DNA from: Xylographa opegraphella
Taxonomy: Eukaryota
Assembly (NCBI GenBank): GCA_022813865.1
Contig: JALDZX010000053.1
Location: forward strand, 1-64,000
Reading direction: 5' to 3'
DNA: 64,000 nt
Below the pieces are notes generated by a model, which had not been told where the DNA came from, made no database searches, and saw nothing but the letters and a program-made list of their open reading frames with translations. Numbering within the stretch: the first letter of the stretch is position 1; every line of letters starts with the position of its first letter. This document shows, one piece after another, positions 12,293 through 26,200 of this stretch. A program made the translations under genes and the position numbers.

Positions 12293-14908
12293 CTAACGCT
12301 CTCCCTGCTTCCACATCTCCATTTTCGCTTCTTTCTTCAAACATTTATCAAGATCGTTGAAGGTGTGAGCATCAAAGTCAGGATCCGCCAACTTGTTGTA
12401 GTAATGCTTCCCCCGATCCGCAATAGAGATCACATCTTGCGGTAGGACTTCGTCGTCCGGCTGCTGGCGCTGTGCGAACTCGTTGTCGCCGTTCTCAAAG
12501 AAATCCAAGTTGTCATCTTCGTAAGGATAGAAACGGCCAATTGACGGCGGTACGAGATAGACGCCCTGTGAGTCGGGGTCAACATCCGCAAGGGGGAACT
12601 GTACATCAACAAGGGCCAAAGGCTGTGGGCAGGGACGGTAAAACCCAGTGGCCATTTCCTGGGTTCTGGCCTCGGTCGGCTCGTATACTCGGAAGCTGTT
12701 CGGCGCTCGCTCTGTCCGGTATTCGGTACAGTCGGCAAGGCATGTACGAGTGAGCTTATACAGTGCCAGCGGCGCGATCCGCTCTTCGGGGTCACGGTGA
12801 AGGCAGCTCTCGATGGCTCTGACCAGCGAAATCCGATACGGGCAGTCTGATGAGAGTTTACCGAGCCTGGCATTCTGTACGCTGTCGGGGTCGAGATATG
12901 TTGCATAGGCCATGAGGAGGCCGAGTTGGTAGACGTTGGTCTTCCCAGAGAAGCGCATCCCTGACATTCCTGCGGCTTCCTATCACAACAAGATTAGCAC
13001 GGCCTTTTTGAATAATGCGACTGTCACAAACCGGCGGTGCCCAGTCGATCCCATCTTGCGTCTCATACTGGTAGTTTTCAGGATTGCTATGATCGTCCGG
13101 ACCTGTCTCGATGGCGTCGCCAAAGTCCGCAAGTTTGGGGATAGGATAAAAGTCCCACGGCGAATCAGGGTCGGGATCACAAAGAACAACTACATCGCAA
13201 TTAGCAACCACCCGACAACTGTAGGGGCTGGACTGTTCACCATTTGAAGGACAGATGTCTCGGTGGACTGGACTACTAATTAGCAATGGACTTAAGATAT
13301 AGCGACTGTTCGTAGGGACTCGACTCACCAATCTCATGCCATTTACTGACGTCCATTCGCCTTTTTAACGCTGTTATGGCATTATGAGCCCATAACAGCT
13401 CGTCTTCAACTGTTTTAGGTTTTTGAGGAAGACTTGCTGCACCGTTTGTCGTGTTAGATCCTCCACCGGTCGTACTGGGTCCTCCAGCTGCAGCAGCACC
13501 AGAACCTCCCGCACCAGAACCTCCCGCACCAGAACCTCCCGCACCAGAACCTCCCGCACCAGAACCTCCCGCACCAGAACCTCCCGCACCAGAACCTCCC
13601 GCACCAGAACCTCCCGCACCAGAACCTCCCGCACCAGAACCTCCCGCACCAGAACCTCCAGTACCGTTACCTCCGACTGCAGCACCAGAGCCTCCAGCTG
13701 CAGCACCCGTAGCTCCAGCTGCTATACTGGCACCTCCGACTGCAGTGTTAGTACCTCCTGATGTCGTAGATCCTCCGGCCGTTGTATTTCCACTAATTAT
13801 TATACGCTGGTATTCATCTGTCAGTTTTCTCAACAAGAGATCTTTCTTGTTGTGTTCCTTGTCCAGTGACGCCAAGCAGCTTACAACGCCTCCGGACCTC
13901 GGTTATATCCCATGTCCCACTACGCTGAAGTTCGACCGAGGCTTGCAGAGGGGTAAGAGTCTGGATTTGGATGGGAGTAGGTTGTGAAGGTTGTGACGTC
14001 GGAACTGAAACATTCGAGAGCTGCGTTACAGGAAGGCCGGCTCCGGGGGGCTCATGGTCATCGGAGGCGTCAATATAGCCTTGTTGTAGAATCAATACAG
14101 CCTTCGCTAGATGATGAAAGATATACCACAAGAACGGTTCTGGAAAGTATCGCCTATGACAGCAAGTATGAGTAAGGCACGCCAACGAACTAGCTCAAAG
14201 GGACAAACCTCCATCGCGCGTATCTCCTTATAAGCGTCTCAAGGTCACCTTCATCGGACATCAGTACTATACTTTTGGGCGGACTGGGAGTTCAACGAAC
14301 CATGTGATGCGTATTCCATGTATAACCTGTGTTTCTTTTGATCGGGAAAACGTCGGTATTCATATAACTTGATTATGTTCTCGTTGTCGGCTGAGAGTTC
14401 CGAAAGTCGTCGGTGAATGAGTACTTCTCTTGGCGTTCTGTCTTCTCCTAAAGCAACCCATAATGACGGTAGAGTTTCTTTAACTATCCTCCACTTGAAT
14501 TACTGGTTAGCCTCGTAAGCCAAGAAAAACAGGATAGCGAGAGAAGCTTACAACGGTGGGGGTTTTACCTGCAGCGACTGTTATCAAAGAGGTACTTCCG
14601 ATAGCTATCGGTTTTCGGAAAGTAAGCATACTATCCTGAATCTCCCACCCAACTTTGGAATGTACAAAGTGAGACATGGCAAGTCCCCAGAGTCGGTTAC
14701 ATCTCCTCCGTCTCTTCACGTCCAACATGTTCTTCCCTACCGTTTCGTCCTCTCGATCGAAGAAGACTCTGGGCGAAAGTGGAACACCATACGCTTTGAA
14801 TTTAGCAGACCAATCATCTCCGCCAAATTTATGGAGGAATCTTCTTGCGTCGCCAAAATTATCTGATGTTCGCTTTCGACCCGAGCTTGCGAGAGCGTCC
14901 GCCGCCAT
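12293..14908 (-). CDS. Divergent Ser/Thr protein kinase-like gene with SAP-like insert and Gly/Ser linker, copy B (one frameshift or a cryptic intron)
   Basis: Spliced reading gives RIVKE, REVLIHRRL, LYMEYASHGDL, PEPFLWYIFHHLAKA, VHRDICPSNVVL, PKLADFG, WAPPE and TNVYQLG. Five intron positions are shared with copy A. There is a +1 frame break near 13850. Confidence 0.7.
13496..13660. repeat. 15-bp tandem repeat x11 (GCACCAGAACCTCCC) encoding (GSGAG)n on the minus strand
   Basis: Counted directly: ten identical units plus one ending in A. Confidence 0.97.
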
Positions 14909-15894
14909 AATTGGTGTTGCAAGGCCCAATCGATGTTCTGGCCAGAGTGTAGGAGGTAACCGTTGAGAAATGATGATGGGACAATACGTCGCGAAGGACG
15001 ATGTACAAAGAATTAGGGAGACAGTGTGCAAGGCCGTTTGCAGGGAAGGCTCTGCAGTCACCAAAGGTAAAAGCCATGTGGTGGCTTTGTTCCAAGAATT
15101 GTCGATATTTGGGATTTTCAAGATTCCATGTGTTTTAATCAGGCATAGTGCGAAGCCCCGATGAAACAGAATTCGGTGATATTTCTAAGCCATCTTCTTC
15201 GATTAAGCAATGTCTTCACTGTCGACAACATAAGGTAAGACAATAACTGCACGCGGTACACTGCAGTACAAACTGTGGGGATAGAATGTCAACTGTATGA
15301 TCTTCTAAGCGTTGTACGTCACAAACACAACGCACTCGCAAGTGACAAGTCCATGAATTGAGCGAAGTGCTAATCAGTATTCTTCAAATTCGCCAATGGC
15401 TTGGGACTTTAGTAGATTTTCCAGTTTGACCTGAGCCAAATGTTTCGACGAAAGCTACACCAATTTATCCATCATATTTGGATCATTCGAGTCCTGAAAG
15501 GGCTTGCCATGCAATTTTGTGCAAACCCATCAGAGTAGACAAATAAATCAAATCAAAGCAAGCAACCAATGGTTACTGGCAGTCGCTTTATATTTCAAGA
15601 ATCAGCCCTCGAGGCCTCGATTGAGACTTTAAGTTTGGTTTGAAAGAGGCTTCAATGTTTCTGACGACAAGTTTGAGGACAATATAATGAGGCCGAAACG
15701 TCTCTGCTAGGAATGATAGCATTGAATGTCCACCGCTCCCCGTATTGAAAATCAAAAGAACGAAATCTAATCCAGAATATCGCAACATATCTCACTCCTG
15801 GGGTATCTGATCATCCGTCGCCCTCAAACACCGTCCCTTGGTATACAATCTCTAGCAAAGTAATGTAAAATAACTATCTATCGCTCCAAGGAGA

Positions 15895-18455
15895 CTATGA
15901 AAGAACGTTGGCATTGGAAGCAGGCGGAGAAGTGTCGATTGTGGTGTCATTTCGTTCCTCACGTCTCACGTCAATAGACCGGTCCCTGGGGACCGTTTCC
16001 AGCGCTTTCACAGGGAGACTTGGCTTGCTTCCGCTGCGACCATCGCTAGTACGCGGCGGGCTTTTGGTCCTATCTTTCTCTGCTTCGCGCTCCCTTCTGT
16101 CCTCCTTTGCTTGAGCAACTCTTGCCTTGATCCACCCAATAGGTCCCTTCTTTTCGCTTACCTCTTGAGAGTCCTTCTCTTTAGGAGGTGAGTCGTTGCT
16201 CGAAAGTTGCTGTACTGAGGTCGTAGAATACCCTGTGCTAGAGAGCTCCATGACGGTTTGTTGAGTATCATTCGTCATTGATCTGCGCGCTTGCCCAAAG
16301 CTAGTAACTGAGCTCACGCTCTTCTCGGCAATCGTATTTGAACCTATGTGTGACGGGGAGATTGATGGCGCTGGGGTGGACTGTCCGTACTTCTTGGCTG
16401 AGGATGAGAATCTCCACCGATGCTTCTTTACGGGGTTCCCGGTAGTCGTGGCTTTATCGTCGCTATGATCCGCTTCGGAGTGATCAGTTACGGATGACTT
16501 CGAGTGCGTAGAAGGAGACGGGGATTTTGCGGGTCTCAGGGTCGAATTAGGAGCTGGCACTGGAGTTCGTGGGTCATCCGTTCCATCACCAAACCGCGGT
16601 CCAGTATCGGATTCTGGTGTAGCAGCGGTGTTGAAAACAGACGGCGTCATCACACCCATTGGATCTGATTGAACCTGCGGGCCAAATCCTGGGGTAGGCA
16701 TAGGTGTAGCATACACAGATTCCGGAGTATTGTTTAACGAATTTGTCGAGCTATGTGCACTAGGGTTCGCACTACTAGGTATCCGCTTTTTTTTTAACTT
16801 GTTCGGCTGACGACCATCTTTCCGATCAGCGTCGATTGGTGATTTATTCAAAAGACTCGAGAAGTTTCGTCCCTTGACCGGGGTAACTCCGGATGCCCGG
16901 CTTTCCTCGCCTGGTGGAATTTCTTGTGCATCAGACTGCTCATTCGAAATCAACCTCTCCTTGCTTTGATGTCGCACTACTGTGTTCTGGATCGGAGGCA
17001 ATCCTATGGGATGCTCAGCAGTAGGCGTGATCGATGAGGAGGTGGACGCATGGCGAAGTTCGGATGTAGATGGAGCTAAGGTCGCGCTTGGTGGTGTGGC
17101 ATGACCAGAGGCATTGACTTGATTACCATGGAGGTGTGGAGATGAGGGAGAGTCGAGTGCCCTGTTAAAGCGGGATGTGGATAAACCTGGAGACTTCTTT
17201 GATGGTACGGTATTACTTCGATATACTCCACTACCGGTGTTGTTGCTTGCAAAAGGAGTTCCGGATGACGGTGTGATAGGGCTTGGGACATTGGTCGATT
17301 TCCTGGAGTTTTTGGACGAAACAGATACATTTCTGCGAATGCCTCCAAATTTACGCAAACTGTCCGCCCCAGCGCTTGCGTTTGACGTGGACCTACCTAG
17401 ACCTATCTGAGAACCTCTCGCACTGTTTGGCGTGCTTGGCTGATATGGTTGAGCACCATTCTGGACTTCTCTTACTGTGTTCTCATCCGCCGCAGTACCC
17501 CGCATGCCGATCAGAAAATTGTCCTGGTTATCGATCAGGAAAATAAGGACGTCTTGGCTTAGCCGGTACTCCTGTGGACTCATATCGTGATGTGGGTGGG
17601 ATAACAACCCTGGCTGAAAAATTGCAGAAAGATTTGCAGAGGTCATCAAGTTAATATCAGACTTCGAGGCGAACACCGAAAGAAGATCGAGGATGTAAAG
17701 TAATAGCTGACGATTAAGCGGGGGCAGCTCGGTTATCAGTTGTTGATAAGTTGCTATCGCTGTCCCTTGATCGAAATCTCCTATATCTTGGGCTTGAGCC
17801 TCCATGTCTCCCACAGCCTGAGTTTGGTGACTTCTCAATGGGTCGCGAAATCGTTCGTAAAAGTCCAAAGGAATGATCGGCTGTGGTAACTTGTTGAGGT
17901 AGCGGCGTAGTATATTAGCAGCATCATGTACAGTATATCCAGTCCAGTCTAGGCCTTTTCCATATCGATCAGGTGAGTCGAAGATATTCTGCAATTCCTT
18001 GATACGTTTGTTCGACCCACTGAGACGGAATATGCCTTGGACATCCGTTGCTATTGACAGTTAGAAAAGTCACAAAATAACGCTAAAGAACCATCTCACC
18101 CTTTTCTTTCAGGAATACCCCACACTTGGCCACAACTATCGGAACATATCCATAGATAAAACTTTCCCCATTTTCGTTCATCAATGATATTGCGACGTTG
18201 GCATACTTGATGCTAATATGAAGATCAACACCAAAAATGCCGGGCGGCACCTCAACAGCAGGAATCACTGTCTAAATTAGCACAATATCTAATTTGTGTG
18301 CTGGAAAGCTCGTTACCTTGGTTCTGCTCTTTTTTGGTCTTCTTCTTGAAACCAGTCCACCATGCTTTCAATGCTTGGGGCCCTTCGCCAATCTGCGTGG
18401 CTGGTTGGTTTTGAGCAGCCTGAAGCGGCGTCGGGGTCTCAGGCTGATCCGCCAT
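15895..18455 (-). CDS. SAC7: Rho GTPase-activating protein, Sac7/Bag7-like
   Basis: GIFGVDL...SIKYANVAISL...IYGYVPIVVAKCGVFLKEK; GIFRLSGS (arginine finger); YTVHDAANILRRYL; NLMTSANLSAIFQPG. Long disordered C-terminus. Confidence 0.88.
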
Positions 18456-19278
18456 TTCTGTTCTCGTATAGCTCCTCGGTCAATCACAGGGACTGCTATT
18501 GGACGAACGCAGTTGCGCGGTATTATACAGAGTAACAGCAGTGTTTTTTGCGCCGAACGCGCTTCGGTTCCTGTTCTATTTGCCGTTCAACGAGGGCCTT
18601 GCGCACAACAGTGTTATTTTAGCTGTACCTTACGAGCCGGTACGGTTTCGCGTTTGCAAAAGTATAGACGCAGCAAGCCGATGCGCTACTGATGTAGGTT
18701 TGCAAAATTGTAGGAGAAGCGCGGCGTTCTCTAAAATGCTGTGGGGAGTAGATGGAGTGCGGCCAGAAAAGAGTATTGGGAGTGATAGAATATCGATTGT
18801 GCGCCGATAGGGAATTGTGAGCAACCAGTGCTGAGCGACAGAGCCGCAAGGCGTTATTGCAGAAATGTATACGAGGAGCTGTCGTACGATTCAACAGGTG
18901 ACTGGACTCGAGATCCGAGCTCCTGGCAAAAGATGACCGCAGTTGTCGTGAACCAGTAGCTGCAGTGGCCGCGAAGTATTACAATAGCCACCTTCTGCGA
19001 GACCGAACTCAGTCGACAATCAAATCAGTCAGGCTTTCAGATAGGTGTCCCCATAGTCCAGTGCAATAGTTCTGCCACCCTTTGCTGCTCGAGATCGTGG
19101 TGTTGCAGGCATCTCAGGGCGCGATCTGAATGTCGGCCAGCTTACGCTAGACCACATTTGAGGATTAGCGCTGTGGAGTCAAAAATAACCATAAGCTTGA
19201 AGCAGTTCCTGAAACAACCCTCAAAAGCAGACGGAGTATTGACGCGTAAGAGACCGTTCGTGCGCCGCAATACTGAAT

Positions 19279-19730
19279 ATGGACACCTCGTATGTTGACC
19301 TGTTGGATACACCTGACTGTCAATCTTATTACGAACGGAGTTGACCAGTTTGACCCCCACAGTCTCAATGCGCAGGAGCAACGGGAGCTACAGGCACGAA
19401 TGGAAAAGAAGCAGATGAAAGAATTTATGAATGTGAGTTTCTTCCTGTCCTGGGTGCGGGCGGGGTCGAAGGCCGACTACGCTCTAGTTGTACGCAAGTC
19501 ATACGCTTTGCCGGTCTGACACAAGATAGACATACTCCAATCTTGTCCAACGGTGTTTTGATCACTGCGTCAACGACTTCACAACAAAGTCACTGCACTC
19601 CAGGGAAGAGGGCTGCGTAATGCGATGTGTCGACAAATTTATGAAAAGCACAGAACGACTTGGTCAGCGGTTCCAAGAACAGAATGCCAGCATGATGCAG
19701 TCCGGTCAGATACCTGGCGCTGGAAGATGA
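19279..19730 (+). CDS. TIM9: Mitochondrial small Tim chaperone Tim9
   Basis: Three exons: [22 protein letters not shown] / [16 protein letters not shown]...[12 protein letters not shown] (twin CX3C). Confidence 0.95.
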
Positions 19731-20694
19731 TTCTGTGCTATTGGGAGGAAGGGATTCAAAAACGCGCAGTCACTATCAGAAACAGCGAAGCCGCGACGTG
19801 TGTCACAGAGCAACCGGTATATGGTATCTTTGGTCATGGCCAGCACAGACACCATGAGAGACACCACCTATAAAGGTTCCACAATGCGATAGCAGCATCC
19901 ACTGTGGCCTCAACCTGATTTTTTTTACCATACAAAGCCACTATACCACTCCCATGTCCAGATGTGAGTGGTGCAAGTTTCGGGGTAATAAGGGAATCGA
20001 ATTTGACTACAATTTTACCATGGTAGTCTGCACCTTCTTTGCCAGGTGAATCTATGGACATGCAATTTCTTTCCGTGCTATGACCGCTGCTCCCATGCTC
20101 GACAATTTTTCCCCAGTATATGTCTATTGGCTGGCTTTACCTACGTCCACGAGGTTTGTGTCACAAGTTAATAGACAGAGTAGATTATTAACATGGCTGA
20201 GTAGATACTCGTAGTTGAATGACCTATCAAGCTGGTATGCTCTGACCCTTGAGTCTCATTCAAATACTCCTGCGGAAATAAACTGAGTTCCGTCCGAGGG
20301 GAATCGGCAAACAATATCCATCCCCGGGTAATATCTTTTTGCATGATGGTTGGACGCATACTTCACCAGCTCAAGTGCGTTGCTCCAAGTAGTGCATGTC
20401 TAATAATCGCCCCAGTCATGCGGTTTTTAACGGGTGTAAAAAGGAGCTATCACTCAGCCTAACTTATGCATCAACTGCCGCAACAGAAAATGAGAGTCCC
20501 ATGCTTCGGTTGTTTTGCTCGGCGACATCCCGAGCATTGCCAATGGCCCCACCTTGCCGGACTGCCCCTCGTACTTTATCGAACAATTTTGCCAGCCAGA
20601 TGACGGCATGAACCGTTGAGAACTACATACATATGATCGGTGTCATTAAAGAGCTGCGCACCATAGAAATCACAACTACTTAGTACCACTTACA

Positions 20695-22135
<1,441 letters not shown>

Positions 22136-22639
22136 AGAGATCTCCGTAGCAATATAAGAGCAATACCCCAACGATCTCAAGGTCACAGTTGAAGTGTTCC
22201 GGTATGGTCAACTGCGTGCATCCGTCGCTAATAGCAATATTCATCTCGAACGAACTCCTTGGCTCCCGCAAAATTTCAGTATACTTGTCCCTAACTATAC
22301 ATATGTAAATTGAAGGGCTCCTTCCACGAATTGGGCGGATAAGCAATCTGCCATTTCCTAGTAAGGTAACCCCAAGGTAGTTGCACGAGCTTTCCGCAAG
22401 CATAAGCGACCTTTTGAAGGGCGCCAGTATTGGAGATAGTGTTGTCAATCTGTGGATAGCAAAATTTGATATGAAAATCAACGTAGTGGTTGAATTGTTT
22501 ATATTATTGATTAAGCACGTATCATGAGAAACGCCCGCTAAAGCAAGCTTATCAAGACAAATCAACCGCACATGGTGTCCCTAGCGCACAGGCCGGACTC
22601 ACACGTCGCACGCAGGAAACTCCAGCCCACAGTGTCGTA

Positions 22640-23217
22640 TCATATCCCCTTCACGACCATAGTCCGCTCAGATTCTAATTTCATAGCGTTTCGTTCATGA
22701 CTTTCTTTCTTGCAGTCCTCCAACCCGCTGCACTTATGGTCCTCCAGCATCCGGTGCTTGCCGCAGAAATGTCCGGAGCAGAAGCCGCAATCCCCGACAA
22801 TGCGTTGAGCAGCGTCTTTGCAGTCTTTAAACGTGCAGCGCATCTTCTTAGGAGGCATACCGCCTCGCACAGGCGCTGTGAGTACAAGGGTGGAGTTCGG
22901 GAGTATGTTCAGAGACACAAGGGTCGGGTCTGCGGTGGTAGTTGTGAGATGGCGGCCTGCATGGAGGAGGCGCAGGTTTGAGGGTGGAAGGGATGTTCGG
23001 AGCGAGAGGAGCTGGCGAAGAGTGGCGATCGTGGTTGTTGATGGAAGAGTAAGAGAGATGACTGCAGGCTGCGTTAGCGTTCTGACCGACGGATGTAATC
23101 TGGGGGCGAGAAAAGCATACCTTCACCGGAGAGGAGTTTGACGAAGATGGGAAGAGTATCAAGGGACTCGGCGTTGGAGCGAATTGAAGCGTCCGAGGAG
23201 GATCGGGATGAACGCAT
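22640..23217 (-). CDS. Ubiquitin-like domain fused to an AN1-type zinc finger
   Basis: Two coding exons: IFVKLLSGE/VISLTLPSTTTIATLR...NLRLLHAGRHL...STLVLTAPVRGG (ubiquitin fold), then MPPKKMRCTFKDCK...DCGFCSGHFCGKHRMLEDHKC (AN1). Confidence 0.85.
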
Positions 23218-26200
23218 GGTGATGTATGGGTGGCTTAAGGGTGAAGCGTATCTTGCCGGCAGATAAGAGTGGTAGCTTGCTTGGTAGGGTCGTGCTGATG
23301 GTTGGAGGTGGAACGATCGAAGTCGAAAGGAGTCTAAAGACCTTTGTGATTTTGTGGATGGAGGCAGGTGAGGCAGGCCAGGGACGTCGTGTTGGAGCAG
23401 ATTCAGAATTATTGATCGATGGAGATCGAAGGTATGGGAACAATGTGAGTCGAGGCGGAGGTCATGGAGTCGGAATCTTAATCAGCGGTGACCAGTGCTT
23501 TCCCTTGCTCGGATCGCAAGACGCCGTTCTAGTGGCTTATAGGCTAGTTCGTGAGTCCTGTTCGAGAAAGTGCTTGGTGTCGCAAGTCAGTCGCAGACGG
23601 CGTGTGATGCTGTTCCTGAGGTGTGTACGGAGGTCCTCCGTAGACGCCACAGTTCGCTGCAACGTGTGGTGCCGTAAGGTGTCCGTGGGAGCCTCGGTTC
23701 TCCTTTCTCCCTGTCACAAGTTGAATTCTCGACCAGCTTCGAACATGTATTCTACTTTCTATGTCAACGGTGAGGCACCTGAGGTATTGGAGATTAGTGC
23801 CCGCCCTGACTGCAAGTGTGGGTCAGCCAGACTATATACGAAGTTCTTTGTCTCGTTTTGCTTACTCGCTTGCGTAATAAGTGAATCCGGCAAAAGAAGC
23901 GCTTGAACTACGCCCTGGGTGTTATTATTTCACAGTGTCTTACTCCGTACATCTCCAGTTAATTACCCCAGATTGCTCCCCGCCAGGGCAAAGCATACAA
24001 ATCTCCAGTTCAAGATACTGGAACTAGCCGTCGCAAAATTCGTCCTTTTCTCCGGATCATGGAGGCGGTCTGCTTTGTTTCTGTCGAAGAGGCTCATGAT
24101 TTACCTTTGCGACTGGAGGCATGGAAGTCGCTCACAACATGTGGGCTAGCCTTTGCAGAGGCCGCCCTTCCAACACCTCCTTCCGTGTCAGGGTCTCATT
24201 GTGGAGGCACCACATTGCTGGCATTGAAGGTTCTATGACCCGGGCCAAGCACAAGAGATTGGTCCGGCCATGTTGAAGAAACACTGCAGGACATACCCCT
24301 TGACCAAAAACAATATAGATAAGAAGGACAGAAAGTGGAAGCTCCCTCTCAAAGTCGTCACACTTTCAACATGAGTTCCTGTGGATACAATGATCTGGGA
24401 CACTACAAAGACGAGTATCATAACATGCAATCTTGAGTGGAAAGTTTGTAAAGCGACCGGTCATACAGTATGCTGGGTTCTTGCGAGCGACTTTGCGGTT
24501 GAGCATTTGCACCAGTTGTCTTGATGCTTGCTTACCCAGCTGATGTCATTAATCTGATGTGCTTGTCTCATCTCTTGGTCTTTCTTCCTTCTGATGAGTT
24601 TTGGCGCTCGGCTCTTGAGTTTCGCTTGCCAGTGATGTTTGTGAGCTCCAGAAATCCGGCATATACGTATAGACTTCAAGTCTTTGTAGTAAAAATCTTG
24701 CATTGATAATCTACAAGCTATGTGATATGCCCAAGCAGCATTGCAAGAACCTTGGAACGGGTCATAACCCATGGTCGATTGCACAGTCAAGATCCAAGAT
24801 GTCCCTACAAATTCTTTGCAACGAACGTCCACCTCATGGTCAGGCGCATATATGACAGGACTAACCCAACCGAGAATATTGCTCCTCCAGGTTTCTAAAC
24901 CAGCACCGCTTATACCTTTACACTCAACAATTTCTACGTTTGGGGTCAAGTTTCGGTCTATCTGAGACAGAATTCGGGAGTACCATACGTTCATATATAT
25001 TCAACCAAAATGAAGCTGAAAATCACTTGTGTATTTGTCATTCTACTTTCTCGTTCGAATACTCAATCAGCCCTCGTTTTTCATTGCCGTTTCAACATTT
25101 CTACTATCTGTGCAGTCTGAATACACAGGGATTTGGATCGTGAGCTTGGTTCCTATGAATTCCACTCGCGTCTTCAACTAGCTCATGATGGATCTGGAAT
25201 TCTCTGCTTTCAGAAATGAGCACTTGCACATTTGTTAGAAACTTGTATGATTGGCCACTTTTGAAACAGACCGAAACCGTTGTTTCTCACGAAAACTGAC
25301 TCAAGTCGCTCTTACGGCGACTTGGCCGACTCTGCGAGGGTATCGTGGACAGTATGTTTATCCACGATTTTCGTTTTGCTGGATCAGATCCCGGAGAAAG
25401 AGTCATTTGTCAGTGCTATGACCAGCAGGATCATGGTGGAATGAAGCTTTTCTCGAAGGAAGTCTATTGTCGCTTTTGAACCGAAGAGTCATTCTTCTGA
25501 TGCTACAGAGCGTATACAGCCCCACAGTCTTCGGCTCTATCACATACAGAGGTCTTGAATGATCGAAGCTGTTATCTGAGATGTTTCAAATGAGTTTTGG
25601 GTGCGACAGCCTTCAGACCAGTATTTATTTCGCGGGAGTGGTCGCCGGTAAGGACTGGGAACACACTTTATTCCCTCAAGTCAGACTATTGTGTGTTTCA
25701 ACGAGCTTCCTGGACCCACTGGCACGTTTTGAAGTGCCCCTAGGGAATGTTGGCCTCGACGGAGATCGCCGAATTGGTATGTTGGAATAATGTGACGGTT
25801 CTGGAGTTTGTCGAGAGAGGGATCTTACCATTGACGAGGTCTAGAATAATTGACGTGCTTCATGCTCAAGGTCCAAGCTTCACGGTTCTCCTGCAAGAAG
25901 ACCGAATCGGCTGAGTCTTTGGTTGACCCATGTGGCATACTCGTACACTTTTGAAAATGTGGCATACATACGGTATTCTGAGGATTGAGGCGCGCTGTCG
26001 CTTGGGGGGTTGTTATGGATGATTGTGAGCTTCGATTACTCTCCTCACTGTGACGGAGGCTCAACGGATTTCTTCCGGACCGCACACAGTGATGCTTGAT
26101 CTGCATGGTGCATTTCAATCGGACGTCGTCCCACAAACTCCCATGAGTACATTCTAGCAAGATAGATTTCAATGCAAAATGGACGTTGAGTACTAATGGA

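Noticed and set aside
13374..13987. ORFs with EVLVR, RTRTS and APEPP repeats
   Set aside because: Alternative frames of the 15-bp repeat; only the GSGAG frame joins the kinase exons.
19834..20400. Minus-strand ORF fragments between TIM9 and SFA1
   Set aside because: Could be a gene relic, but I cannot identify or join the fragments.
23226..23906. 226-aa plus-strand ORF
   Set aside because: Antisense to the pyrimidine-rich 5' leader of the UBL-AN1 gene, with no domain signal.
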